A DNA stretch of 64,000 bases from contig OZ024742.1 of the NCBI GenBank assembly GCA_964016885.1, positions 149,916,001 through 149,980,000 of the forward strand, written 5' to 3'. Positions within the stretch are counted from its first letter, which is position 1; each line of letters starts with the position of its first letter. Both the position numbers and the translations under genes were made by a program. The notes beneath the pieces are model-generated. The model ran no database searches and was not told where the DNA came from. It saw only the letters and a program-made list of their open reading frames with translations. The DNA is from Eledone cirrhosa. Lineage: Eukaryota. This document shows, in pieces, positions 13,236 through 27,930 of this stretch.

Positions 13236-13729
13236 GCTAAAAGGTATTCACAGCCCTAGGTTGTCTTCCTTTATTTGAGCTAACATGATCAATTGGGTGA
13301 GTAGAAGAGAGAGAAATGGCAGAAGTGAGTGTGTGGAGTGTGTAAGAGGATGGTGGGAGAAATAGACTCAATTGGAGTGAAGGGGTGGCAGAGGGGGTGG
13401 GATGTAGTGGGAGTGAAACACACAAGTGCATGTGTGTGTGCATGTGTGCATGTGTGCATGCGTGCGTGTGCATGTGTGTAGATAAATAGAGATATATGTG
13501 GGTAGACTATTGCAGATTTAAAATAAACATGGCAACACATCAATATTTATATCGATAAAATATATTTAGGTGTATTTCAATAAACACAGGTCTTAGATAT
13601 ATAATCTGTAACTACTTTCAGCTATTTATATATAAAAGTACATATTGCTGCAGATAGTCTGTCTCTTGCATATTTGTTTTGTTTTCTTTTGTGTACATGT
13701 GGAGGAAGGGGGTAGGTATTCTGCAGTGT

Positions 13730-13940
13730 ACTATGATGACCTCTGCCAGAGGTCTCGATCTTGTGTCATACCCTTTGTGAGGTTTAATTAGGTATTTTCA
13801 GCTTTTATCACTTCATCCCAAGTTTTCGTAGGTTTTCCTCTTCCATAGTTACCATCAACTTTGAGTGCTCTGCACTGCTTTATACATCTGTCAGCCTCCA
13901 TATGTATCATATATCTAAACCACTGCAATCTCCTTCATGA
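13730..13940 (-). pseudogene. Old RTE ORF C-terminal fragment
   Basis: RRLQWFRYMIHMEADRCIKQCRALKVDGNYGRGKPTKTWDEVIK, homologous to the end of ORF 26792-27583. Confidence 0.8.
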
Positions 13941-13964
13941 ATACACTTCATCTGACCCCTCTTA

Positions 13965-14485
13965 TGGGCTGAAGACAACAATATGCAATTTAATACAGGT
14001 AAGTTTCAAGCCCTCCACTATCAACCCACAAACATAAGACCACTACAACAAAGGTACACTGGATCAAGAAGAATCCCCCCCCCCCCCCACGAGTCAAAGT
14101 CAATATGGGACCTGGTTATTGACATGAGCAATGAAGCATCGTTTCATACACATCACCAAAATGATAGCAATATGCAGACAACTGGAGGGTTTTATTTTGA
14201 GAACTTTCAGGACAAGAGACCTGGAAACCTTCTTCAGATGACTGGACTATTGCTCACAGCTGTGGTCACCCCACAGTGTCAAACTAACTGCAGAACTTGA
14301 AGCAATCCAACAAACCTACACCAAGAGGATTGCCTCAATGAAAGAGCGAGCTACTGGGAGAGACTAAAAGTATTAAGGCTTTACTTTATGGAGTAAAGAT
14401 GGGAGAGATATGTAGTAATATATGTATAGAAGATCCTGGAAAGGCTAGCACTAAACTTAGGCATTGAGCACCAGACCAGCCCATT
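13965..14485 (+). pseudogene. CR1/L2-like LINE RT C-terminal relic
   Basis: WAEDNNMQFNTGKFQ, LDYCSQLWSP, LEAIQQTYTKRI, SYWERLKVLRL. Confidence 0.85.
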
Positions 14486-14486
14486 A

Positions 14487-15330
<844 letters not shown>

Positions 15331-15487
15331 TTATAAATATATATATATATATATGCAGAAGTTATATTTAATTTGTTGGGATTCAACAAGCTTAAAAGTT
15401 TTATAACTGATATAAAGCACTCAACAATTTACTGGAGTAAATATTCAATATATTAATAAATGGAAACTATATTTATAAAACCATAAT

Positions 15488-15552
15488 TATTTTATTATAT
15501 ATATTTCAAGGGCAACCAAGGCAGTTTTGGTGTGCTTTCATCAGATAAAATA
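15488..15552 (-). ncRNA. Type I hammerhead ribozyme, intact core
   Basis: RC: tattttat CTGATGA aagcacaccaaaactgccttggttgccctt GAAA tatata TA ataaaata. Confidence 0.72.
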
Positions 15553-15638
15553 CAAAATTTGTTTTATAAATGTTGACATACCCTTAGAAAAACAACCTTG
15601 ACGGTTGAAGGTTCTCAACATTTATAAAACAAATTTTG

Positions 15639-15698
15639 TATTTTATCTGATGAAAGCGCACCAAAACTGCCTTGGTTGGCCTTGAAATATATAAAATA
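15639..15698 (+). ncRNA. Hammerhead copy with a 5-nt stem III deletion (probably inactive)
   Basis: tattttat CTGATGA ... GAAA tat ataaaata; the UH cleavage site is out of register. Confidence 0.6.
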
Positions 15699-15740
15699 AT
15701 TATGGTTTTATAAATATAGTTTTCATTTATTAATATATTG

Positions 15741-15774
<34 letters not shown>

Positions 15775-16213
15775 TTATCATCATCATCATTTAACATCCA
15801 TTATCCACGCTTGCATATGTTAGGTGTGTGTGTGTGTGTGTATGTGTGTGCGCGTGCGTGCGTATATATATATATATATACACACACACATATACATATA
15901 TGTATAAAAGAATGAAAGAGAGTGGAATGTTGAGAAATGTGACCAATAAACAATTTATAAACCTCACTTTGGGTCACTAATTCTCCAATATCAATTTACA
16001 ATGTGCTGCACCTCAAGCACTTAAATCCTCCCCAACTCCCAGTAAACAGTCATTTATTGGAAAAACAAAGGTTGGTGTGTGTATGTGCATGTTAATGTGA
16101 ATGGTGGTGGATAGGAATTAAATAGTGAGAGTGAGAAAGTGGGAAGTCTAGGATCTGGGGTGAAAGTAATAATAGGTGATATTCAATAATTTTGGTAGAC
16201 TAAATAATATGTA

Positions 16214-16273
<60 letters not shown>

Positions 16274-17451
16274 CTTGTGTGTGTATATATAAATAAAAAT
16301 ATCTTTAGCAAGGAATTTCAGAACTACAGAATTCCAGGCCACTAGTCTAATGATAGCATTGCTTGTAATGGTGGTACATTGGCAAAGAATTGTGTGTGCA
16401 TTCAAGTGGTTTGGTTCTCTGTATATTAAAATATCTGCTGTTATGATAACATTACCTCCTTTTCCCCACAACTTACCACCCACCTGGCTGGCTGAAGGTT
16501 ATAAACTAACCTGACAGGTAAACATGGAAAAGAAAGATAAATTGAATCTCAGTCTGTATCCCACTTCTTAAGCTACTTCCAATCTCATCCCCACCACATA
16601 CTTCTCCTTCCCTCCTCCTCCAATTAGAATGCTCTAACAGAAATCCAAACTGTTAAATGATGAAAAGGAAAGAATGAGGAACTGGCCTGGAATTCAAGGT
16701 GGAATATTTACATGCAGTTCTGAACAGGAGAGATTAGGGCTGGTGTGGAAAACAGTGCAGTATAAAGTTTGGAACTACATTTGTAATACTGTAGCTGTTA
16801 TAAGTTTACTTTACAACCATATAGACAAGCTTTTGCTATAACTTTAGGCTGACCAATGCTTTGTAAGTGAACATGGTAGAAGGAATCCGTAATGAAGCTC
16901 AGTGTGTGTGTATGCATGTATGCATATGCTTGTGTGCGTGTATGCATGTGTGTGCGTGTGTGAGTCTGTGTATTTTCGACATCAGGAGGAAATGTAGAAA
17001 ATCTGTCTCAAAAAGTTTCATCTAACCCATGCAAATATTAATAAATGGATTTTAAAATGATGTTAAATATAAAGATAAAACTATCAGAAAATTTGTCGAG
17101 GGTTTTGGAGGCCACTTCAAGTAAGTGGAAATGTCTTAGTAACTCTTAACATCCTGTAATGATTGAGTAAAACATATCTAAAATATTTAATTGAAAATTT
17201 GTAGTATTAAAGTTAAAGACTTTAATTTTTAATGTGATGTACTCATAGTGTTGTTTTGTACTTTTCAAGAATGTCTTGCTTATGTGTGGTTTCTTGTGGT
17301 ACAGGAAATTAAGAACTAACTAGTGAAACTAACGTTTATGGAGTGACAAGGAATCCCCTTTTCTGTAACTATGGAATATCAGTCACATTACTGGAATCCT
17401 TTTGTTGTTTGGATATTTTGAGAAATAAAACAAAAACTGTGTAAGGTTGCA

Positions 17452-17712
17452 TTAACCATTTCATTACCAAATTTCTAATACACTATACTAATGTGATTTA
17501 AATACTTTTGAAAATACTCAAGAATTTTGAGGGATTTAGTAATATAACTAACTTTCTCATTATTAAGCTAGTTTTTGGAACATAATTTAACAAATGGTCA
17601 AATATAAAATTATGATGGAAGGTTTGTAGATAAATATAAAATATAAACATTTTAAAACAAACAGTTTTATATCATAGAACGAGGGTCAGTTTCGGGTGAT
17701 CTAAAGGGTTAA
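17452..17712. mobile_element. TTAA-flanked piggyBac-like MITE
   Basis: TTAA CCATTTCATTACC ... GGTGATCTAAAGGG TTAA; related fragments near 9550-9750, 19830-19940 and 42185-42345. Confidence 0.55.
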
Positions 17713-20700
17713 AAATGTTAAAAGATTTTATATAAATAACGATAATAATAATTGTTTCTAATTTAGTCACAACAGGAAAATCAATTAAATTGAACCCAGT
17801 ACTTGACAGCTGCTTTAGTTTATCGACACCAGAAAGATGAAAGGCAAAGTTGATTCTGATAGGAATTGGACACAGAATTTAAAGAGTCAAACAAAATAAA
17901 TCGTTTCTAACATTGGTACAAGTAATGCCAGAAATTTGGTGAGCAGAGAACAATCAATCATAAGTCTGCTTGATCAGAGATGACCGAGGTTAAACAATAA
18001 TAACAGTAATAATAGCTATTTTAGGTTATTTCTGTCTTTTGTCTGGCATTTGTATGTAGGCTCAGATAAAAAAAAATGAAAAGTAAAGCATAAAATAAGA
18101 ACAAAAGAAAAAAAACCCAACCAAGATGTATATTCCTGAAGGTCTCATACAATTAAAACGAGGAAATAGAAATATGTTATTGTGAAAGCTGCATGGTGCT
18201 GAATTCTTTTAGTCTTTAGGATGATACTTAATCTACTTTTCTGGACTTGTAAGTGTTATGTGGATGAATGTATTTAGTTTTTAAATTAAGTTAAGTCATA
18301 CTGTGAAAGAATTTAAGGATTAAAATAATTGGGTTGAGAGAGAGAGAGAGATCAGAATGAGTAAATGGAAGATCATTATTTAAAAATTTCTTGTAGTCTT
18401 ATACTCTTTCATTTATATGTAAGCCCCATGAACCTCTTACAAAAATATGTGGTCCATACTGATAAGGTTGTAATGAAAATAATAAATGTTATACAGCTTA
18501 TTTATGAATAAATTAGGTACATGTCAGCAGATTTTATCACAGACTGCAGAGATTGTTCATAACTGTAAGATGTGACAGAGTCAGCATGACATAATTCTAG
18601 TGCCACTGAGAAAATAACAAGTGTGTGTAGTCCATAAAAAATGTTTGAACTCTGCACTCAAAACATATATAGTGCATCAGCTTCTTACAGTGAGCATGTA
18701 CTGCTCCATAGCAATGATTTTTCTGAACATGCTCTATAGCAATACAGCTTTGTAAAGAATATGTCTTAATATTTGCTGGCTAGAAAATCTTTGATTTTAA
18801 TGCTTGCTGGATCATGGCTGATCTAAGGTTAAATCTAACAAAATATTCATACAAATGATAGATTACATCTACATATCATTTACATTATAACCATAACATC
18901 AGCATCATTCCCATATATATAATACACCAAAACCATACAAGATCACACAAGCCACCAATGGAACTTCTACAAAATTGCTAGACCTGCTTCTACAAAATTA
19001 TAGTCATATTACCAATGGAATCGTAACACATTGCAAGCAAACTCTTGCTGATAAGCTAAATTTGAAGGGCAGGACAAAGAAATAGTAAAAGGTTAAGATC
19101 AAACAAGGTTAACTAAATGTAATTACTACAGTTGAACATAACAGATCAAGCAAGGGCATGGTTAAAGTACACTAACACATACACATGTATACATTATACA
19201 TTGAAACATGGAAGCATATCAATGAAGACATATGTAGCCATACAATCAGCCAAAAAGACTATGTATATGTATAAATACATACATGCATGCATTTATATGA
19301 TAGACATATATGTAAAATATTATACATACATACAAGAAAATGTATATACTCATATTTATCTGGCTACACATATATGGACAAATATATAGATACACACAAA
19401 GACATACAAGTGTGAGCACTTCTGTGTGTGTACAAGACATTTCATAATATGTGACCTGACATTTTCATTAAGTGGAACAATGGAATATGTATTGTTGGCT
19501 TACAAAAGCTAATAAACTATATTTGTATGTGTGTGTGAGTCTTTGTATGGCTGTTGTGTTATCTCATCGTGTACACATATACATAGTGTGTGTATGTATG
19601 TGTGGGTGTGTGTGTTTATACCCATGTCCAAGCTATAAATTGTTACAGCTGTTGTTGCTTTAATGAAAACCTTTTATCTTAATATAGTGTGAAAGAGGCG
19701 AGTCAGCCCCAAGCAAAGACCCTACCTATACCAAACTGTTGACGATGGTTGGATCTAATCAAAACATTGTTTTTTTTTCTAATCACTGCATAATAATTTG
19801 TTAGTTTTTTTTTAATTCTTTCTCCAAATATCCTTTTTGTTACCATAACTAATAAAAGACAATGCCTATAATTTTCAAATCCTTTTGGAAATTATCAAGA
19901 ATTGTGAGTGATTTAGTAATATAGCTAACTTTCTTATCCATGAAACCTATGAAATGCAGCCTCATCGAAGACCAGCTAAACCCACAGTGTCAGTTGCAAA
20001 CACGGAAACTCTATACAGTCTAGTGATGACTGTGCTTCATTGATGAAATAATAAGACTGAAACATGTTCAGAGTTATCCATTCTCACCAAAATAATTGAT
20101 ATAGTATTAGTCATTAACTAATATTGTTCATTCATTGTTTTATATTTTTTGCCTGATCACCCAATTAGCCCTAGTTAGCTTTTTAATGCTATATACTTTA
20201 AATTTACCCACACTACACTACTTTGACAAGAGTGTAAAATAAAAAAATTAAAACATTATCATGATGATTATAATGATATGACAATGAGGGTGATGATGAT
20301 TTAGCCAAACCTCCAAAAAGATATTTCTTGCTATTTCAGGTTCTTGTTATTGCTGGAGTTACTAGTGAGAATGGTCCTCAATTATTGAACAAAGTTTTTA
20401 CTTCTGTTCAATATTATATATCATCTTAGGGTGAGAAATTGACAGAATTGGTAGAGCATTGGATAAAATGCCATTGTGGTATTTGTTCTGGCTTAACATT
20501 TGAGTTCAAATCACACTGAGGTCAACTGTACCTTTCATCCTTCTGGGGTTGATAAAATAAAGTATCAGTCAGATACTTGGTTTGATTTATTTAATTTTGC
20601 CATTCCCCTAAATTTGCTTGCCTTATACCTAAATTAGAAATCAATATTACATATCTACTTAGTGATACTCACTTCAAGTATAGCATAATTTATTCTTTGA

Positions 20701-22954
20701 TGAGGAGGCTTATGAAGATTGAAGCCTGCCTGGAGTTGTCTCCTGTGTTATTAAAACAATATTAGCTATTGACTATTACTGAGTTTTCTTCATCATATAA
20801 TTATTTGTAATTAGCTTGTAATGTTCATTCTGTTAAGTGTGTTAACACTAACTTAACTATTGTTTTTTTTTCAGGGAGATGACATTTGAGTAATATATAC
20901 ATTTATGTGAATATGTGTTTGTGTATATATAAATGTCATGCTTCAGTTCTGCTCTGGGATGTATTGTGTGAAATGCAGTTTGGTAGCTGAGATACAAAGT
21001 AGCTAAACAATCATTTCCTTTCTCTGTCATCAAGTCAATTTATGACCCTTGGTGACCTCCTTTAAAAGTGCTATATGTCTGTCCAAGGGCCTTGTTTCAG
21101 GGGGGTACCAGGGGACAAGTCCCTCCCATTTTTTCAAATGTCTATGTTTTATTTTTAGTTTATTTGATTCAATAAATTCTTTTTAAGCTTGTTTTTTTTA
21201 TATCTGAACTTCATTTGAATATCTAAAATTTAATTAGTGTAAAATTTTACTTATGTGATAGGGTCCAGGAAAAGCACCATAAGCAATTTATGCTCCTTTC
21301 AGAAGCAACAAATGTTGGTTTGTCCTCCTTACATTTTCAAGGCAAATGAGGCCACTGTGTCTGTCATAGAATTTTTGTGGGAGAACAATAAAGTGGTTTC
21401 CTATTCTTTTCTTTTGGGCATCTTTTTTCAAGATGCCATCATGTCAGACAGACATGTTCACTACACCTACCTATGTACTTATCCTTTAAAACCCTCATGC
21501 TTCCCCAGAACTACACCTGATGTCCCCCTTCCATACACATGCACACGTGTATATCATGACTCATGCTCTGTTCATTTTCCTGACGTTTGTACATTACCCA
21601 ATGTACTATACATACACTTTTGATGAGTTGTAGTGCACCTGAGCATAGTACACAATATTTTCATTATTATTATTATTTAAACATGAAGAGTAGGAATAAA
21701 TACTTCAAAGTATTTGATCTGATTTTCTATCAATTTTCCATCCACAATCATGAACTGGTGCTTTATTTTATAAACCCTGGAATGTATGAAACTCAAATGT
21801 TAAGTGTTGGAATAAATGGAGCAAAGAATTTGGTCTGATGTTCTATCAATTTTGACAATTCAGCATCTTAAGCAAACAATATTTTCTGTGATTCTAGGAT
21901 ATAGAAGAGAAGGAGTTGGAGAGAGAGAACCAGGGACTAAAACATTACTCTGTAGGATGAAAAACGTTTGATTTTGGGGTGTAATACAGAATGTGTGTGA
22001 GTATGTGAGGAGAATGCTGTACTGTTTCAGATATGTGACCAATCTTGGTTGTATTGGTAATGTCTAATGGGGAAAACATCCAGTTTTTTATCATTTATCA
22101 TCATCAGCGCCACCACCACCACCACCACTATCAACAGCTAGCAATCATCAGTAAGAAATATGACAACCATCAATTCATAAATCACCACTCTCTCTTTTTG
22201 CTACAAGAATCTGCCATAAATCCAAATATCGTATAAAAGCTTGATATACAAGCACCCCACATCTCCCCTACAAACATACATAGAATTACTCACGCACCCA
22301 ATCTAATCCAGATTCAGAGAAAACCTACAAGCCTGATGAGGAAATAGCTAATTAAAATAGCAATTTTTGTGGGAGGCTTGGTCGGGGGACTGAGTGAACA
22401 GAAAATAAATAAATATATATATATTAAAATGTACAAATATGTAATTTTATATAAATATAAATATACCAAATAGTATATACATGCAATCTAAACTGTAGTG
22501 GCAAACTTCAAGACATGTGCATCCCACCCACCATACATCAATGACAGAGAATGTATGAAAATATGTATGTGTGAACATGCGTGTGTGAGTATAAATATAT
22601 GTATACAAATACATACACATACACGGACACACAAATAACAAATCCATTAAGAAATATACAGACAGAGGCAATAAAATTAATTAAAGTAATTAAACAAATA
22701 ATGGTGTCACATAGATATTTGTATGCTGTTGGTGATGATGTGGGTGGTGAGGTTGATGGTAGGGTGGTGACGATGGAGGTGACAATGAGATGGACAGTGG
22801 AGTGAGGATAGTGATAATGGTGATGGTGCTGGGTGACAGTGGGGATAGTGGTAGGGTACTAGTATTGGTGATGATGGTGTACTTTTAGCAGTGATGGTGG
22901 TGGTGTGCTGTCAGTGGTGACAGGGTGAAGATATTGATATTATTTACTGGTGGT

Positions 22955-23135
22955 TTGGAAGTATCGGTAGAGGGTCGGACGCCATGCTTTCCAGCATAGT
23001 TACGTCCCTTTACGATCTGAGTTCAAATCCCGCTGAGGTTGACTTTGCCTTTCATCCTTACGGGGTCGATAAAATAAAGTACCAGTAATGCACTGGGTAG
23101 TTGCTGGCCTTGTGCCAAAAGTAGAAACAATTATT
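22955..23135 (+). mobile_element. Young short-variant tRNA SINE
   Basis: Near-identical to 7945-8125 and 57797-57968. Confidence 0.88.
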
Positions 23136-23634
23136 TACACCAGCCTAGTTCTGATCACATAGACCTATGATCAAAGTAGTTTCAGCCATGACAATCCTGT
23201 TGTGGTGTCTTAAACTCACCTAAATCTACTCATCAAGCTATGAAGTGTATAGCAAAAGAATTCCCTTAGTGTAAAAGTTCTGGAAAGCAAAAGATATGAA
23301 GGACTAAAGCATCTTTAGAAAAAATTCTTCACATCACCTTCAAAACATCACCTCCATAGCATCACAGCCACAACATCCCATACATACCATCATCGCAATA
23401 TTTCCTATACATTATCACCACTATCAGATCTTCAAGCAAATGGGGGAGTCTATGTGGTTGCATGACCGTCCTAAAATAACAGTCAAATAGCCTAAAAAAA
23501 TATTTAAAAGTATGATGGTATATTGGACAATGTAGTCCTTAACATACAAAAACATAGGATAGTCAAAGAACATGTTCCTTCATACTTAAGCTGACTACTC
23601 AGTCAAAGAAGTCCTGGGTCTAAAAAAAAAAAAA

Positions 23635-23958
23635 AAAGCCTCCAATAGTCACTAATGACCATGGTTTTGCACCTGGAAAGTTTCCCTCCAAAGCACAAGC
23701 CTGGGCAAGGTCTGTTTGTGGAAGACCAGCAGTCGCCATGCACACCAGTCTCCCTTCTCTATGCCACCGATGTTGTCCAAGGGAAAGGCAATGGCTGATA
23801 TAGCTTGGCACCAGTATGTTGCAACTTATTTCTACAGCTGAGTAAACTGGAGTAATGTGAAATAAAGTGTCTTGTTCAAGGACAATACATCACCCGGTTC
23901 AAGAATCAAACTCACAACCTCAATTGCAAGACCAATGTTCTAACCACTAAGCTATTGT
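23635..23958 (-). mobile_element. tRNA-headed SINE with a CORE-like central segment
   Basis: Segment CTACAGCTGAGTAAACTGGAG..GTGAAATAAAGTGTCTTG shared with 12095-12185; tRNA-like head at the right end. Confidence 0.65.
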
Positions 23959-24260
23959 CTAAACAGTAATAACACCACCTATTATATCATCGTTACAACT
24001 TCACTTTCACATGAATGATTGCCTCAACATCACCTTCATTCATTTTTTGTCCATTCACTTTATCTTTCATGAATATTATTACTATATTAACTCATCAATC
24101 ATTATTTCAACAAAACTTTTTCCTTCTAAAAATTAAGAATATAAAATGAACTTCCAGAGATTGATTATTTAAAGATGTCTGCATGAAAGTAATTAGCCTC
24201 AGTTATTTATTCTTGTTTAATATGTTAATTTTTCACATTTACTCATCTACAGTACAATGC

Positions 24261-24268
<8 letters not shown>

Positions 24269-24345
<77 letters not shown>
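24269..24345. repeat. (GA)n microsatellite
   Basis: Direct reading. Confidence 0.97.
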
Positions 24346-24348
<3 letters not shown>

Positions 24349-25367
24349 TTCCTCCTTATTTAGTGAAATGATTAAAATAATTGTTTCTACTTTTGGCACA
24401 AGGCCACAAATACCCAGTGCATTACTGGTACTTTATTTTATCGACTCCGTAAGGATGAAAGGCAATTAAAATAATATTAGTCATTGAGATAATGTATTTT
24501 TCTTACTACATAAAATATTCTAATTAGGTATTTAATGCTCAAATTAAACATAAATAAATATTTCTAATTATGTATTTATTGCTAACCTAATTAAAACTTA
24601 ATTAACTAATGAGTATTTCCTTTATTCTTTTATTCACATTTAGGACTGGCTGGGTGGCAAGCATGCAGGGTGGTTGCAAAAACTCTTGAATTGGTTACTC
24701 ACTGGACACAATAGAGTCACTGGAGTAATTTAAGACTACATGAATACACTACAACATTAGTCTGAAGCAGATCAACAGTAACCTACCACTTCTATTAATT
24801 ACTTTATTTTACTGTATTTATTTTATTTTCTATTCATCTAAAAATAAAATAGCCTTCTATACAAATTGAAAAATGAATTGTTTCTTCACTGCTAAACCCC
24901 ACCAATATTATCACCTCCACAACAGAAACTTCACAACATTGCTTATATAACATCTCTTAAGCAAAAACATTTATTTTTCTCTCCCAAAAGAAAAAGAACA
25001 AACATGTGAAACATTAGACTCATCTTCCTTGAAGCATAAAACATATTCCACTCTTAGAATTATTTATATTCCTTATTACCAGCACAGAACATCACCAGCT
25101 GACCCCCATTCTACTCTGCCAAAACACTGGGCTGTGGAATGAGTGCTGGCAGAATCAGAGAGAGAACATGGAGAAAGAAGAGTAAAGAATTTTTGGTGAC
25201 TGAATAGAGTGGAACTGAAAAGTGGAAGGTTATTTGCTTCCACGAGCCGTCTGAAGGCGATATGAATGATGTAGTGGTAGTGGTGAGTTTGTGTTGATAT
25301 TGTTTAACCCCAAGTCAACCGTTAATGGAGCAGATTTATGATCAATGGTGTTTCAGCTGCAAACAAT

Positions 25368-25422
<55 letters not shown>

Positions 25423-25425
<3 letters not shown>

Positions 25426-26035
25426 TAAGCTTTATACAATTTGATCTAGTTAGTTATTACTCCTCTATCTCCACTAATCTTCTAAATAGGACCTTAATTA
25501 TGGCTGAAAGTGCTAGCAGTTTAAGTAGAGCAGAAATTAATATAATATTAACAGCTAGGTAACCCTTGGACCCGAAAAAACCGCCCTAATAGTTTTGATA
25601 TTACTAAGGGTTTAAGTGATTCTGCTCAATTCACTGATTTTCTTATTTGATAAACTTAAAGGCATTTTCCATTTTTTGAAGTGGGGCTTATATTGTGATG
25701 ATGCCCCTTCACCATTAGGAGAAATAATAGAAGTCTAGAGCTAAATAAAAAACGTCTGCATAGATTCTTTAAGGATTATAACTTATACTTACTAATAATA
25801 AATTGGGAACTTTCTTGATGTAAATTTAAACCTTTTCATAAACCAGGCGAACATCTAATCTACATTGATTATCAATCCAACTATCCAAGATCTATACTAA
25901 AATCTATTAATAATGTATCTAACTGCATCCCTAGACTTTCATGTAACCTAGCTGGCTTTCATCAGAGTGTTCAATATTAAAATGAAGCACTTCCAGTCAT
26001 TAGTGTCTGGTTATAACGATAAAATCTTGTATTCA
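25423..26035 (+). pseudogene. Penelope-like element reverse transcriptase relic
   Basis: Ordered PLE RT motifs: FIQFDLVSYYSSIS, IILTAR, FDITKG..DSAQ, GLYCDD (cf. GLYRDD), NFLDVNLNL, FHKPGEHLIYIDYQSNYPRSILKSI, RLSCN, SLVSGYNDKIL. Confidence 0.85.
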
Positions 26036-26726
26036 GAAAACCCTCACGAAATCGGCAAAAGTTATAACAACATTACCTCACATAATATGACTCTACTTGG
26101 ACTCAATTTGAACAATAAAAATGTACTTAAACCAAAACACCATTTACTTCTCTATAGGACTAAGAAGACAATTAGTAATTGTAGTGATAATCTCATACCC
26201 GGTGAAAATAAAAATAATAGAGCATACAAAAATTAAAAGAACATAAGAAATAATAACATTAACAGTACAAACTCTTCTTTTGCTCGGTAATAGTAGGGGT
26301 AGTGATGATGATGACAGTAGCTCTCCTCTACAGGATGCAATCTATGGTGGATTGTGGTGGGGTGAGACAAAGAGAGGATGGCTGTTAGACATGAGGATAT
26401 AGGGCAAGTACTGTCTGGTTTACTTATCCCTCCGGATGCAAGGTACTGGGCAGTAGCAGGGAAGAGAGCTGTCTGTTTAAAGGTCACATTAATAAGATGA
26501 ATGATGATTGTGATGGTGATGATTAAAAATGTCAAAAATCCCTGATGATTATCACCATCATTGTTAACAGTAATATTTATAATCATCCTCCTCCTCATCA
26601 TTTTACATCCGTTTTAAATACTGGCATGGGTTGGATGGGTTGTTACAATCCAGTTCAAATTTTATTTAGTGCCACTACCCTCCCAAATGGGTTAGAGGAC
26701 CAGTCATGAATTTAAAAAAAATATAT

Positions 26727-27930
26727 CTAAAGTTCTAGTTTGTAGGAAAGAAAACAAGGCGGCGGTCCCTTCTGGGAAATGGTCGTGCTCGGTGTGTAGG
26801 AAAGGCGTAGGTAGAAACTCCATTTTATGTCCTAAATGCAAAGTATGGGTGCATAAAAGATGTAGTGGGATCACAGGTAAGCTAACTAAGAACATAGATT
26901 TTACATGTGGCCGGTGTTCTGGTGCAATAAGTAGCAGCAAGTGCCCACAAAATACTAGCTCTTTCAATTGCGCAGAGGGTTCTATAGAAATAGTGGACAG
27001 CTTCCGTTACCTGGGCGATAAAATCAGCAGTGGGGGAGGGTGCTCTGAAAGTACAGTAGCTAGAGTCAGAACTGGTTGGAAAAAGTTCAGAGAGCTTATA
27101 CCACTATTAGCTGCTAAAGGGTTCTCCCTAAAAATGAAAGGCAGGTTATACGATGCCTGCATACGAACAGCAATGTTGCATGGCAGTGAGACCTGGGCAT
27201 TGTGTGCAGAGGATATACGCAGACTAGAGAGGAACGAAGCTTGCATGCTCCGCTGGATGTGTAACAGTAATATACGTGAACGGCAAAGCATAAACGAACT
27301 AAGGAAAAAATTAGAGATAAGAGGGATCAGATGTTGTTTACTCGAGAGAAGGCTACGTTGGTATGGACACGTGATGCGCATGAAAGTCGATAGCTGTATA
27401 ACAAAGTGCAGGGCAATAAAGATAGACGGTAGCCACGGAATAGGCAGACCTAGAAAAACCTGGGACGAGCTGATAAACTCCGACCTCACACACTTACACC
27501 TCTCCAAGACAATGTCACTGGACCGAGACCTTTGGCGGTACTCAGTAACAGAGAAGACCCGCCTTGCCAGTAGGCATCTCTAACAAAATACACCCCGTCC
27601 CACCACCCCCACCCCATCCACACCACCCCGTTCTATGTAAAGTTATGTTGGTGCCGCGCCATCCAGGCCGAAACAAATGAGATCGTGTAGGTGTCACGAC
27701 AAAAAAACACACAGTCCACGCTGTAATGTGGCCGTGTAGGCAACACGGTAAAAACCTCCCAGACCCACACTGTAAATGTGGTTGGTGTTAGGAAGGGCAT
27801 CCAACTGTAGAAAACCTGCCAGACAGTCCTATGCGAGCAAGACAATCACTCTTGCCTCAAGTGGGACTACCCCCGTCCAAACCCATGCAAGCGTGGAACA
27901 CGGACGTTAAACGTTGATGATGATGATGAT
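26727..27930 (+). mobile_element. 5'-truncated RTE LINE copy 1; open ORF 26792-27583 covers the post-RT C-terminus with a Cys-rich insert
   Basis: CRKGVGRNSILCPKCKVWVHKRC, FRYLG, MLHGSETW, RRLRWYGHVMR, GRPRKTW; 3' UTR ending in (GAT)n. Confidence 0.93.

Larger units (their letters stand above)
15446..15740. repeat. ~130-bp inverted repeat (15446-15576 / 15615-15740, 38-bp spacer), PLE pLTR-like
   Basis: Arms are reverse complements apart from a few substitutions and a 5-nt indel. Confidence 0.92.

Noticed and set aside
16329-16695. 13-bp inverted repeat GAATTCCAGGCCA / TGGCCTGGAATTC
   Set aside because: It does not extend and has no TSD; one such match is plausible by chance in 64 kb
20340-20430. 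Candidate exon after tatttcag (VLVIAGVTSENGPQ...)
   Set aside because: In-frame stop before the donor, no recognisable protein and no partner exons
22329-22380. CTGATGA followed by a hairpin
   Set aside because: No GAAA/UH half of the hammerhead core
25925-25970. Minus-strand CTGATGA...GAAA hammerhead-like motif
   Set aside because: The stems pair poorly and it lies antisense inside the PLE RT coding relic (RLSCNLAGFHQS), so it is likely chance
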